A stretch of DNA of 64,000 nt, from IMG/VR virus record IMGVR_UViG_3300025770_000656; one strand, given 5' to 3'. Positions 37,764 through 47,337 of the stretch are shown in pieces. The translations under genes were made by a program, and so were the position numbers. Positions within the stretch are counted from its first letter, which is position 1; every line of letters starts with the position of its first letter. The DNA is from a virus. The notes under the pieces are model-generated. The model did no database searches. It was not told the DNA's origin and saw only the letters and a program-made list of their open reading frames with translations.

Positions 37764-39144
37764 AGAATATACACCAGACTTACAAAAACTATTCATTGAG
37801 ATGATGATGCAAGATGCACAGAACTATGTAAGAGTGCAAAACATCTTTAATGTAGAAAACTTTGATCGTAGTTTAAAAGATGCGGCTGAGTTTATTAAGA
37901 GTCATTGCACTAATCACACAGCAATGCCTACATATGAACAGCTAAATGCAGCAACTGGTGTAAACGCAAAGCCTATTCCAGACATGGCAGATGGACATAA
38001 TGATTGGTTCTTGGAAGAGTTTGAAGGCTTTACAAAGCGTCAAGAACTAGAACGTGCCATACTTAAAGCGGCAGACATGCTGGAAAAAGGCACATATGAT
38101 CCAGTGGAAAAACTGATCAAGGATGCAGTACAAATTAGTTTAACCAAAGATCTAGGTACAAGTTACTTTGACAACCCTAGAGAACGACTAATGAAGTTAA
38201 AGGATAATAACGGACAAGTAAGCACAGGTTGGCCAGCACTGGATCGTAAACTATTTGGCGGCATGAACAAAGGTGAACTTAACATCTTTGCAGGCGGCAG
38301 TGGCAGTGGTAAAAGTTTGTTTATGCAGAACTTAGCAGTTAACTGGGTTACAAGCGGGCTCAGTGGTGTGTATGTAAGTTTAGAACTAAGTGAAGAACTT
38401 AGTGCAATGCGTATTGATAGTATGCTTACAAATGTTAGCACCAAGGAAATATTTAAAGACTTAGACACTGTGGAAATGAAAGTTAAAATGGTTGGCAAGA
38501 AATCTGGCACACTACAGATTAAATACTTGCCAGCACAGAGTACAGTAAATGATATACGTGCATACTTAAAAGAATTGGAGATAACAAAAGATCTTAAAGC
38601 AGACTTTGTGCTTATTGATTACTTGGATTTGGTTATGCCAGTTAGTGCTAAAGTAAGTCCCAATGACTTGTTTGTTAAAGACAAGTACGTCAGTGAGGAA
38701 CTACGTAACCTAGCAAAGGAATTACAGTGTATCTTTGTAACAGCTAGTCAGTTAAATCGCGGTGCAGTAGAAGAGATTGAGTTTGATCACAGCCATATTG
38801 CTGGCGGACTTAGTAAGATTAATACAGCAGATAACGTGTTTGGTATCTTTACAAGTAGAGCAATGCGAGAACGTGGACGCTATCAACTACAACTTATGAA
38901 AACACGTAGTAGTAGTGGTGTTGGCAGTAAAGTTGATTTAGAGTTTGATTTAGAAAGTCTGCGTATTAGAGACCTGGGAGAAGATGAAGATACCAGCAAA
39001 GAACGTGGTAACATCATGGGCCAGCTTAAAGACAAGTCTGATGCGTCTGCTGGAAGTGGTGATGCGGAGGTAGGTAAAATTACTGCTAATGTACAAAGCA
39101 GTAAACTAAAAGATATGCTAGCGAGTTTAAAGCAGAATGACTGA
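37756..39144 (+). CDS. Replicative DNA helicase (DnaB/T4 gp41-like)
   Basis: STGWPALD, GGSGSGKS, SLEL, LIDYLD, TASQLNR, MKTR. Confidence 0.9.
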   Translation: MAKEYTPDLQKLFIEMMMQDAQNYVRVQNIFNVENFDRSLKDAAEFIKSHCTNHTAMPTYEQLNAATGVNAKPIPDMADGHNDWFLEEFEGFTKRQELERAILKAADMLEKGTYDPVEKLIKDAVQISLTKDLGTSYFDNPRERLMKLKDNNGQVSTGWPALDRKLFGGMNKGELNIFAGGSGSGKSLFMQNLAVNWVTSGLSGVYVSLELSEELSAMRIDSMLTNVSTKEIFKDLDTVEMKVKMVGKKSGTLQIKYLPAQSTVNDIRAYLKELEITKDLKADFVLIDYLDLVMPVSAKVSPNDLFVKDKYVSEELRNLAKELQCIFVTASQLNRGAVEEIEFDHSHIAGGLSKINTADNVFGIFTSRAMRERGRYQLQLMKTRSSSGVGSKVDLEFDLESLRIRDLGEDEDTSKERGNIMGQLKDKSDASAGSGDAEVGKITANVQSSKLKDMLASLKQND

Positions 39145-40282
39145 TGATATAAAGTCACAGCCTGGATTTTGCTACGATATATTCAAAAATCAAGCCTTTT
39201 GGAGTACACGAAACACAATAGGATACAATCCTTGCTGTAATTACGATGGTTATATCGCAACAGATATTACGCCTGAACAGGCATGGCTCGGTGCAGAACA
39301 TTTTGCCATTATTGACAGTGTAGCGCGAGGAGAACTTGTACCAGGCTGTCATAACTGTTATCGAGCAGAACAAGCAGGACTTGTTAGTAGACGCATGGGT
39401 AGTAAAGAACTGTACGAAAACTATCACAAAGACGCCGACATAACTCTCACTGATACGCCCAGAGCATTAGATTATAGTGTAGGTAACTTGTGTAATCTTA
39501 AATGCACTATTTGTGGACCTAGCAACAGCAGTAAATGGATTAGCGATTGGGCTAAACTTTATCCTAATACAAACATAGACAATTTTTTATACAGGAAAGA
39601 TCAATATGTAAAGATTGATGATTTAGAATATCTTAAAAATATTAGAAGCGTTCACTTTCATGGTGGTGGCGATCCTTTGCTCAGTGATGCACATGTAAAA
39701 CTATTACAAAACATTGAAGCCAGTAAAGGGTTAAGCGATGTTAGAGTATTTTACAATATTAATGCTACTAACCGTGTGAGTGACGATGTTCTAGATCTTT
39801 GGAGTAGGTGTGATATTGTAGAACTATATTTTAGCATTGATGATGTAGAAGATAGATTTGAATACCAACGTACCGGTGCATTATGGCAAGACACTGTAGA
39901 CATTATGCAATGGTATCATGAACATATGCCAGTTAATCATTTGTTTTATATTAACTGCACTTGGGGATACCTTAACCTATATTATCTAGATGAATTGTAC
40001 AATTGGTATAAAGAAAGTTTTAGTGAAAATAGGCTAGGCGATCCAGTTAAATTAATATTTCAAAAATGTTTAGGCACATACAGTTTAGATTGGGTAAGTG
40101 CAAAAACTATGCAAGTACTAAAAGATAAATTCAAACCGTATCCTGAAATATACGGGCTACTTGCAATATTAGATATACAAGAAAAACCGCATACAACGTT
40201 TTGGGATATAGTAAGTCGTACAGACAAAATCCGTAATCTCAACTTCCGCAACCTTTGTTCTGAATGGAGTAAATTATTATGA
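39137..40282 (+). CDS. Radical SAM protein with N-terminal twitch/SPASM-like domain
   Basis: NPCC...CHNC; CNLKCTIC; GGGDP; FSID. Confidence 0.85.
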   Translation: MTDDIKSQPGFCYDIFKNQAFWSTRNTIGYNPCCNYDGYIATDITPEQAWLGAEHFAIIDSVARGELVPGCHNCYRAEQAGLVSRRMGSKELYENYHKDADITLTDTPRALDYSVGNLCNLKCTICGPSNSSKWISDWAKLYPNTNIDNFLYRKDQYVKIDDLEYLKNIRSVHFHGGGDPLLSDAHVKLLQNIEASKGLSDVRVFYNINATNRVSDDVLDLWSRCDIVELYFSIDDVEDRFEYQRTGALWQDTVDIMQWYHEHMPVNHLFYINCTWGYLNLYYLDELYNWYKESFSENRLGDPVKLIFQKCLGTYSLDWVSAKTMQVLKDKFKPYPEIYGLLAILDIQEKPHTTFWDIVSRTDKIRNLNFRNLCSEWSKLL

Positions 40283-40395
40283 AAATATTATGCTCGGGAA
40301 ATTCTGATCATAAAACTATTGCTAGTGGAGTAGTTCAGATATACAATAAAAGTAATTATTTTCTTGGTATTGGATTTTCTAACTTGTTAATGTAG
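40279..40395 (+). pseudogene. Possible truncated Rossmann-fold (SDR-like) gene remnant
   Basis: ATGA-coupled 38-codon ORF MKILCSGNSDHKTIASGV... that runs into the 3' end of the convergent lipase. Confidence 0.3.
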
Positions 40396-41105
40396 TGATT
40401 AATACTATGATCACTTAGTCCATCAAGCAATGACCATTGTTTAGCAGCCGCCCAGCGTCCTCGTAAACCATCTTTAGTACGTTGCCAAAAAGTAGCACTT
40501 CTAAAATCGCCATAGTAGTTAATATACTGTAACTTGCCACAGTGTCTATAACCCATGATCCACAGTGGAACTTTAGGAACAATATCGTTATTATTAACAA
40601 ATCGTTGGTAATTAAAATCACTGTTAACATTTACCCAGCGTTTATTTCCTACTCTGGGACTGCCGTAGGTATAAACATTTTTTACACGATTTTTTAATCT
40701 GCTAGCAGCAATAGTTGCCATACCGCCGCCCAAACTATGTCCGGTTATATGCAAAGTTTTGTCCTTAGCTTTACCTTTGTTAATGTATGTGGTAATTTCA
40801 TCCCATATCTTTTTAAGTTCATCATAGAATCCGTCATGCACTTTGCCTACAGTTATTTGACTCTTGTGTTTCCATGCTTTAAGATCAGCTATTACATCTT
40901 TTACCTGAGTAGGTTCTGTACCTCTAAAAGCCAGTGTTATTTCCTTTGTATTCTCAAAAATCATGCACTGAGCACTTTCAAAACTAATTAACTTAGCTTT
41001 TGAGTATCCTAACTCTTTTAACTCTTCTTTGGTTGCTTTATCTCTGTATGCTATAGCACTACATCGGGCATAGTGTATAGCTAAAACTCTATTAGATCGA
41101 TTCAT
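40356..41105 (-). CDS. Class 3 lipase / alpha-beta hydrolase
   Basis: AFRGT, VHDGF, TGHSLGG, YTYGSPRVGN, NDIVPKVP, DHSI; AGGAG SD and minus-strand late motif at 41135-41142. Confidence 0.9.
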   Translation of the reverse strand: MNRSNRVLAIHYARCSAIAYRDKATKEELKELGYSKAKLISFESAQCMIFENTKEITLAFRGTEPTQVKDVIADLKAWKHKSQITVGKVHDGFYDELKKIWDEITTYINKGKAKDKTLHITGHSLGGGMATIAASRLKNRVKNVYTYGSPRVGNKRWVNVNSDFNYQRFVNNNDIVPKVPLWIMGYRHCGKLQYINYYGDFRSATFWQRTKDGLRGRWAAAKQWSLLDGLSDHSINHYINKLENPIPRK

Positions 41106-41182
41106 TCACTCTTCTCCTGTACAATGGTTATTGTTATTTAACGAATAATTCTTAATAAATACATTGTAAACAGGCATAAACT

Positions 41183-41440
41183 ATGAAAAAACGAACTCGC
41201 AGCATATTACAAGAGCTAACTAACGTAGCTACCCATAGAGATAAGAAGCATCTTATAGAGTCACGTGGCGAGGCAATGATCGAAAATGCTATCTATATTA
41301 TTGAACAAATACATAATGCATACGATGCTGAAACAGCAGGGGATTTGGAGCGTAGACTAATTAATAGCATACGTAATCGAGACACCAAACGTTTTAAGGT
41401 CGGAATTAAACGAGCAGGGTTAAATGAAAATAAAAAGTAA
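41183..41440 (+). CDS. Conserved hypothetical late protein
   Basis: 85 aa; late motif at 41154. Confidence 0.7.
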   Translation: MKKRTRSILQELTNVATHRDKKHLIESRGEAMIENAIYIIEQIHNAYDAETAGDLERRLINSIRNRDTKRFKVGIKRAGLNENKK

Positions 41441-41457
41441 AACAAGGCATAGTTAAT

Positions 41458-42228
41458 ATGACACCTAGAATATTATCAGAGGGCGGCAATATCTTTAAAG
41501 ACGAAGATGGAAACCCTGTAACACAACGTATTAACCAAGCAGACGTAGACCCCACACTAGCCTGGGTTGAGGCTATTACTGGCATACCACATAAAGATTT
41601 TAAATTAGGGTCAACTGGAATTCGCTCTACATCAGGTGATATGGATATTGCTGTTAACCAAAATGAGGTTGATAAGGCTGACTTATATAACAAGATAGCT
41701 GCCTGGGCACAGAAAAACCACCCAGAAGACAATGTCAGACAGTGGGTTGCTAAGTCAGGTATTAGTGTTCATCTTAAAACTCCTATTAACGGCGATCCCA
41801 ATCAGGGATATGTACAAACAGATCTGATGTTTGGTGATCCTGAATGGATGAAGTTTACAATGAAGGGTGCTGGTGATGACACACCATTTAAAGGAATGCA
41901 CCGTGCTATCCTAATGGCATCTGTAGCTAAAGCACTGGGAATGAAGTGGTCTCCTAAAGACGGATTAATTAATAGAGAAACAAATGAAGTATTGTCCAGG
42001 GATCCTGATCAAATTGCAGAGATGTTACTTGGGAAAGGCGCTAGCCGCGGTGACCTAGATAGTGTTGAGTCAATGATTGCTAAACTCAAGGGTAGACCAG
42101 ACTATCAAGCAGTGACAGCAGATGCAAGAGAAGCATTTGCAAGAGAGAAGTTAACACTTCCAGAATCAGTTTATACACAAGTAGGCACCACTGAGTGGTT
42201 TAGGCAACTATCAGAGAAATTAAAATGA
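41458..42228 (+). CDS. Pol-beta superfamily nucleotidyltransferase
   Basis: LGSTG...SGDMDIAV and VQTDLM acidic triad. Confidence 0.75.
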   Translation: MTPRILSEGGNIFKDEDGNPVTQRINQADVDPTLAWVEAITGIPHKDFKLGSTGIRSTSGDMDIAVNQNEVDKADLYNKIAAWAQKNHPEDNVRQWVAKSGISVHLKTPINGDPNQGYVQTDLMFGDPEWMKFTMKGAGDDTPFKGMHRAILMASVAKALGMKWSPKDGLINRETNEVLSRDPDQIAEMLLGKGASRGDLDSVESMIAKLKGRPDYQAVTADAREAFAREKLTLPESVYTQVGTTEWFRQLSEKLK

Positions 42229-43364
42229 GACTCAGGGAATTTTCCGTACCTCAACGCAAGCCACTAAGCGAAGCCGCACGTATCCAACACGCAGAAGATA
42301 TTGTCTTCTGGGAAGGTAGCAAGGGTGCTATTAGAGCATTACAAAGTCTACGCAACCTGGATCAAGGCGGACATAGTGAAGTTACTATTAAATGGGATGG
42401 TTCACCTGCCATTATTTTCGGCCGTGACGCTAACGGTGAGTTTATACTAACAGATAAGTCAGGGTTTACTGCTAAAGGATATGATGGGCGCAGCAAGAGT
42501 GCCTCGGACCTAGAGCAAATGTTCCTAAACAGATCCGGTGGTAAGAATAGAGAAAACCCTGGGTATGTTAAGTTTGCAAGTAGTATGAAATATATCTTTG
42601 ATGAATATGAAAGAGCAACACCCGCTGACTATGTGGGATTTTTTAAAGGTGACTTACTATACTTTAATACCCCACCGATCAAAGGTAAGAACTATGTGTT
42701 CAAGCCCAATGTCGTTGAGTATGCAGTAGATGTAACCAGTGATTTAGGCAAGAGAATTGGTGCCAGTAAGACTGGCGTGGTTATTCACAGACAAGTACAG
42801 CCAGACGGAACAGAAACCCCACTACAGGATCCTGATATCTTTTTGGGTAACGATGTTCTTGTTGTACCTCCTATAACTGCTGAACGGGCACCACAGGTAC
42901 CCCATGCCATGTTAGACCGCCTAGAGAAAGTTATTAAAAAAGATGCGGCGGCTATTGACAGCCTATTGGACCAGAATAAATTACGTCAACAACAGATGAC
43001 TGACTTTTCCAGTGTTCTTTACACCTATACTAATAGTAAAGTGGACTCGGGTCTACAAGGACTAGGTTCAGACTTTGCCAAATGGTTGGAAACTTCTAAA
43101 GTAAGCGATAAAAAGAAAGCTAAGATTGCTGAATATATTACTAGTAATCAGACTGGATGGATTGCACTATGGGAAACAGTAAATACTATTATGCAAGCCA
43201 AAGATCAGGTTATTGCTGATATTGACGCCCAAGGCGGCACAGTTCAACAGAGTATTGGTGGACAAGCAGGTGGTGAAGGATATGTATTAGCACACCCAGA
43301 GGGTGACATAAAACTAGTGCCAAGATCTACATTTAGTGCAGCCAACCGTGCAGTTAAACGATAA
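42225..43364 (+). CDS. Ligase-superfamily nucleotidyltransferase-like protein
   Basis: TIKWDGSPA (KxDG), FKGDLL, GEGYV, IKLV resemble ligase motifs I, III, IV and V. Confidence 0.6.
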   Translation: MRLREFSVPQRKPLSEAARIQHAEDIVFWEGSKGAIRALQSLRNLDQGGHSEVTIKWDGSPAIIFGRDANGEFILTDKSGFTAKGYDGRSKSASDLEQMFLNRSGGKNRENPGYVKFASSMKYIFDEYERATPADYVGFFKGDLLYFNTPPIKGKNYVFKPNVVEYAVDVTSDLGKRIGASKTGVVIHRQVQPDGTETPLQDPDIFLGNDVLVVPPITAERAPQVPHAMLDRLEKVIKKDAAAIDSLLDQNKLRQQQMTDFSSVLYTYTNSKVDSGLQGLGSDFAKWLETSKVSDKKKAKIAEYITSNQTGWIALWETVNTIMQAKDQVIADIDAQGGTVQQSIGGQAGGEGYVLAHPEGDIKLVPRSTFSAANRAVKR

Positions 43365-43391
43365 GTATTTAGAGAACAAGGACTTGAGAAG

Positions 43392-44117
43392 ATGAAAATT
43401 AGTGAAGTAACACAGAAGTCACACAGTGAACAATTATCTGAAGACAGAAGCAAACTGGATGAGGCTTTTTGGGTGCCATTCACCGCGGCAGCAGGTGCAG
43501 GATTAAGTTATGCAGACTTGGGATCAAGATTTGGCTGGAAACCATGGGAATGGACAAAAGCTCAATGGAAAACGGCCGGCGCAGAAATTGCGGCAGATGC
43601 TGCACTAGGAGCAACTGGCGTGGGACTTCTAAGTGTTGCAAACAAAGCTCGTAAAGTAGGAAAGAGAGCCTTTGCGGCCAGCCGTGCCGCAAAGGCACAA
43701 AAAAAGGCTGATAAGGCCATGGACAAGGCAACAGATCCAAATGTACAACTATCTCCTAGAAAACAAGCCAAACTAACCAGAAAAGCTGCTGATTTAGAAT
43801 ATGATGCTAAAGCCGCTAAAGATGCTGCAGACGCGGCTAGGGTTAATAACCTGCCAACTTCTACTGGAGAAAAAGCATGGAACACTGCGAAAAAAATACC
43901 TGCGGCATATGGCTTGGGTGCCGCGGGAAACAAAGCTTCGAAGCTGGCTACGGACCAACCTTTGGTTAGTCCAGGGGACGTGGGCTCGGCCTTGGGCCTC
44001 GACGATGCAGGCGAAGCCAACGATGCAGACAAAACATTTAAACTTGACAGATCTAGATCTAAAGGTGGAGGCTTTGAGAAACTTAGGATGCCATCCAAAG
44101 GACGTCCTCTAGGATAA
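43392..44117 (+). CDS. Ala/Lys-rich putative internal virion protein
   Basis: N-terminal MKISEV...LSE...LDE; GATAAGTA at 43360. Confidence 0.55.
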   Translation: MKISEVTQKSHSEQLSEDRSKLDEAFWVPFTAAAGAGLSYADLGSRFGWKPWEWTKAQWKTAGAEIAADAALGATGVGLLSVANKARKVGKRAFAASRAAKAQKKADKAMDKATDPNVQLSPRKQAKLTRKAADLEYDAKAAKDAADAARVNNLPTSTGEKAWNTAKKIPAAYGLGAAGNKASKLATDQPLVSPGDVGSALGLDDAGEANDADKTFKLDRSRSKGGGFEKLRMPSKGRPLG

Positions 44118-44126
44118 GTGTAAGCA

Positions 44127-44804
44127 ATGTATGAATTCTTAACACAAGAGCTAACAGAAGCAAGGTATATTAGGAATGTTCGTGACACTGTGGGGCGTAC
44201 AGCAGACGGTATTGCTGAAGGATTCTACGAACACCTGCTAGTACTACAGCAAATGCGTTATGAAAATCCCAGTTGGGCAAGAAAATATGCTAAAGATACC
44301 ATGCGTTTTATGAGTTTTAACAATATACGTACTGGCGGCACAGATTTACACAATCTAGCTTCTATACTTAATAATCCTAGTAAGTTTTCTGATAAAGTAG
44401 GTAGCAGTAATTTAAGATTTGATGAGCTAGGGTTTAAACGTTATCTACGTAACATTGTAGATGGTCGTCACATGCCTGGCCAAGACCGCGCTTTTTTACT
44501 TAAAATGCAAAAGAATTTAAGTATTAACAACGGGTTGCTTAAACAGGCAAGGCGTTTAATGGCTGACTACGGCACAACCAGTAACAGCGAACGTGCCAGT
44601 GTTAGTAGCCGCATGGTTAATAGTTTCCGCAACGATAACCAGTATAAAAGCGATATGTACCGTCCTTATGCAGGTACAATTAAAAACAACAAGGTAATGC
44701 CAACTACAAAAAAAGCTGGTCTAGGTATAGCGGCAAAAACTGCTATAGGCACAATAGGTGGCTTTGGCATAGGCTATGCCATTGGTAAAGGCGCAACTAA
44801 ATAA
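44127..44804 (+). CDS. Putative virion protein with C-terminal Gly-rich hydrophobic tail
   Basis: 225 aa; ends GLGIAAKTAIGTIGGFGIGYAIG. Confidence 0.6.
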   Translation: MYEFLTQELTEARYIRNVRDTVGRTADGIAEGFYEHLLVLQQMRYENPSWARKYAKDTMRFMSFNNIRTGGTDLHNLASILNNPSKFSDKVGSSNLRFDELGFKRYLRNIVDGRHMPGQDRAFLLKMQKNLSINNGLLKQARRLMADYGTTSNSERASVSSRMVNSFRNDNQYKSDMYRPYAGTIKNNKVMPTTKKAGLGIAAKTAIGTIGGFGIGYAIGKGATK

Positions 44805-44867
44805 TCCTTTCTCTGATAAATAATTACAAGCTCGTTAAACACGGGCAGTATTTATGGAGAAAGAAAA

Positions 44868-45275
44868 ATGGCAAGTATTACACGTACCCATGGTAACGCT
44901 CTAGGACAAGGAACACCAGCAACAGGTAGTAACATTACCGCTGATGAACTAGTTATCTTAAACGGCGTTGCAATGGACTTTTTCAAGATTATCCAGCAAG
45001 ACGTTTCAGGCGATGTCAACGACATCCGCAATGAACTAGAAACTGGCGAATCAGTAGAAGCAATGCTTCGTGAAGTTGCAACAAAAGCAAATATAGAAAT
45101 GTATCAAGTAGAGGCAGACACAACTGGACAAATTTCAGTTGCAGTTTACCCTGCAGGTGCATGGACAACAGCAACACTACAAACTGCTCTTCGTGCATTA
45201 GGCACATCAGTTGGTGGGAACACCGTGGACGTAAGTGGTACAACAGTTACCTCAAGCGGCCTCGAGTTTGTTTAA
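44868..45275 (+). CDS. Small virion structural protein 1
   Basis: MASITRTHG start, Thr/Gly/Ala-rich; late motif at 44815, GGAG SD. Confidence 0.55.
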   Translation: MASITRTHGNALGQGTPATGSNITADELVILNGVAMDFFKIIQQDVSGDVNDIRNELETGESVEAMLREVATKANIEMYQVEADTTGQISVAVYPAGAWTTATLQTALRALGTSVGGNTVDVSGTTVTSSGLEFV

Positions 45276-45293
45276 TAGATAAGGAATAGTATT

Positions 45294-45602
45294 ATGGCAG
45301 GCGTAACAGAAGGTGTTCGTAACTCTAATGTTTTCTCAGCAATGGGAAAGGATCTAGCGGTCACCAAACTAGCAAAAAGTAACATGACACAGGATGAGCT
45401 AGATGCAGCAATTGATTTTATTCAATTAACTACAACAGTAGTTGGCATCGCAGACGATACAACCGGCGGATTTAACGCTGGTGCATCTGATAATATTCAC
45501 ATCCTAACAGAAGGCGGAGTGGCTCCAGCAGCCGGATCCGACTTTGGTGTTGGTTCAACAGGAATTACATCTTCAGTCGTAGCATATTTTGCTACGGAAT
45601 AG
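45294..45602 (+). CDS. Small virion structural protein 2
   Basis: MAGVT start, similar composition. Confidence 0.55.
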   Translation: MAGVTEGVRNSNVFSAMGKDLAVTKLAKSNMTQDELDAAIDFIQLTTTVVGIADDTTGGFNAGASDNIHILTEGGVAPAAGSDFGVGSTGITSSVVAYFATE

Positions 45603-45629
45603 ATGAATAATTAATAAAGGAGTAGAGAT

Positions 45630-46016
45630 ATGCCCGGAGTAACAAGAGCACATCCCCCAGTCGCTAACATAATTGGTGAACACCGTTTTGTTGGTAAAGA
45701 CATCACAATGTTGATGGTGGACTTTAATGTCGACGCAGACGGATCATTCATTGCAATGAACTCTGCACTAAACGCAATCAGCCGTTATGGAAATATCCTA
45801 ATTGCTGGCGCAGTTTACGGCACAGGACAGCAAATTGACGTAATTATCGAAGGTACAAATGGCGGCAGTGACTATGTTTCCGAAGACGGAACAGTAACTG
45901 GCACATTGGAGCAGGCTTTAGAAGAAGATCTTATAAATCTTGGAACCATCGATGGTGTTAACTTTGCAACCGGTACACCAGCAGTTACAACTAAGACAGC
46001 ATTTAAACTGGCTTAA
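45630..46016 (+). CDS. Small virion structural protein 3
   Basis: MPGVTRAHP start, similar composition. Confidence 0.55.
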   Translation: MPGVTRAHPPVANIIGEHRFVGKDITMLMVDFNVDADGSFIAMNSALNAISRYGNILIAGAVYGTGQQIDVIIEGTNGGSDYVSEDGTVTGTLEQALEEDLINLGTIDGVNFATGTPAVTTKTAFKLA

Positions 46017-46034
46017 TTTAACTACACACTACAG

Positions 46035-46066
46035 AAAAAGCGGTGTAGAAATACACCGCTTTTTTT
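46035..46066 (+). terminator. Rho-independent (bidirectional) terminator
   Basis: AAAAA-GCGGTGTA-GAAA-TACACCGC-TTTTTTT. Confidence 0.9.
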
Positions 46067-46086
46067 ATCAGTTAAATACATACATA

Positions 46087-46497
46087 ATGAAACATTGCAG
46101 AGCATTGTATCAGAATCTTCCAGGTATACACTCAGTAGATTTAGATAAACTTAGTCCTATGAGCTACCACGATGACGAACGTTGGCGAACTAGAGACTTG
46201 CCCATGATAGAACGTGATGGGCTATGGTATCCCTTCTTGTACTACAAGGTTACATTAGAGTGGTGGAATGGTGGATTTGAAGAGATTAAAGGTGCATATT
46301 CCAGCTGGGAAATGATTAACCCTCCAGTTGTATGTGAAGATGGGTTTATATGGGCGTTAAAAATGGGAACAAATCGGTTGATTGCACTAAAGCATCTGTG
46401 CTATACTAGTGTTGATGCAATCTATTTTGAACATCCTAATGATTTAATAAAAACAGGGATATACCTGAGGGAAGAGGATCCCCTACACAATGAATGA
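46087..46497 (+). CDS. Hypothetical protein, possibly ParB-like
   Basis: Start MKHCRAL after late motif at 46071; GTNRLIALK segment. Confidence 0.5.
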   Translation: MKHCRALYQNLPGIHSVDLDKLSPMSYHDDERWRTRDLPMIERDGLWYPFLYYKVTLEWWNGGFEEIKGAYSSWEMINPPVVCEDGFIWALKMGTNRLIALKHLCYTSVDAIYFEHPNDLIKTGIYLREEDPLHNE

Positions 46498-46954
46498 TTT
46501 TGCAGAAGTATGGCACTTATTGACACTGGTAGATATTACACAAACAGGTGTTAACAGAGGCACTGGGAAAGAACGTAATCAACAACGTAACTTTGACACT
46601 GTTCAGCAAGTTATAGGTATGTTAACACAGTGTTGGTCTATTAAAGAGCCTGTAGTAGGAAACTGGGGTCAACTACATACTAAGTTTAAACAAGTTGGAG
46701 TAGTGTTTGGGGTTCAGCATGATTTTACCCAAGAAACATTTTCAAACTTAAACGTATGGACATGGCGTTTTGGCATAGAAAAAGATGGTGTATTTGACCA
46801 GGATAAAAAATACGACGGAAAAAATTTACTTAAATTATTTGATAATGTGCCTATCGTGACTCATTTAAACGATAATGCTGTACTAGAGCCTCCTGTGTTT
46901 ACAACAGACCCTGAACTACAAAATGTGCTATTAATATGTGAGAACAGACTGTAG
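46490..46954 (+). CDS. Conserved hypothetical phage protein
   Basis: TLVDITQTGV...RNQQRNFDTVQQVIGM. Confidence 0.7.
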   Translation: MNDFAEVWHLLTLVDITQTGVNRGTGKERNQQRNFDTVQQVIGMLTQCWSIKEPVVGNWGQLHTKFKQVGVVFGVQHDFTQETFSNLNVWTWRFGIEKDGVFDQDKKYDGKNLLKLFDNVPIVTHLNDNAVLEPPVFTTDPELQNVLLICENRL

Positions 46955-46984
46955 ATAAATATTGTTGATAATTGATGCATATTA

Positions 46985-47036
46985 TATAGGCACATATAGG
47001 CAAAATTAGAGGCACACAAAGGCACCGAATCAAGCA
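46985..47036 (+). repeat. Phased AGGCA repeats in a late leader
   Basis: AGGCA at 46988, 46998, 47010, 47020 and AAGCA at 47032. Confidence 0.7.
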
Positions 47037-47064
47037 TCACCCAAAGGTAGGTGAGACCGGAAAC

Positions 47065-47319
47065 ATGTCGACAAAAGACATTGAAAAAGAAAATTTAGAA
47101 GCACACGTAGAGCTGTGCTCTGAAAGATATAAACAATTGCACGATAAACTCGATGCGATCAATTCCCGTCTTGATAAGAATGAGTCAACTCTGGTTGAGA
47201 TCCATAAGGCCGTTACTAACAATGAAAGTAACCGTAACAAGCAAATACTAGCTTGGGGCGGCGGAATCATTGCGAGCCTTGTCGCAGCAGTTGGTTATCT
47301 AATTGTTCAACAGTTATAA
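47065..47319 (+). CDS. Coiled-coil protein with C-terminal transmembrane helix
   Basis: Heptad region followed by ILAWGGGIIASLVAAVGYLIV. Confidence 0.7.
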   Translation: MSTKDIEKENLEAHVELCSERYKQLHDKLDAINSRLDKNESTLVEIHKAVTNNESNRNKQILAWGGGIIASLVAAVGYLIVQQL

Positions 47320-47337
47320 ACCTAGCTAAATACATAC

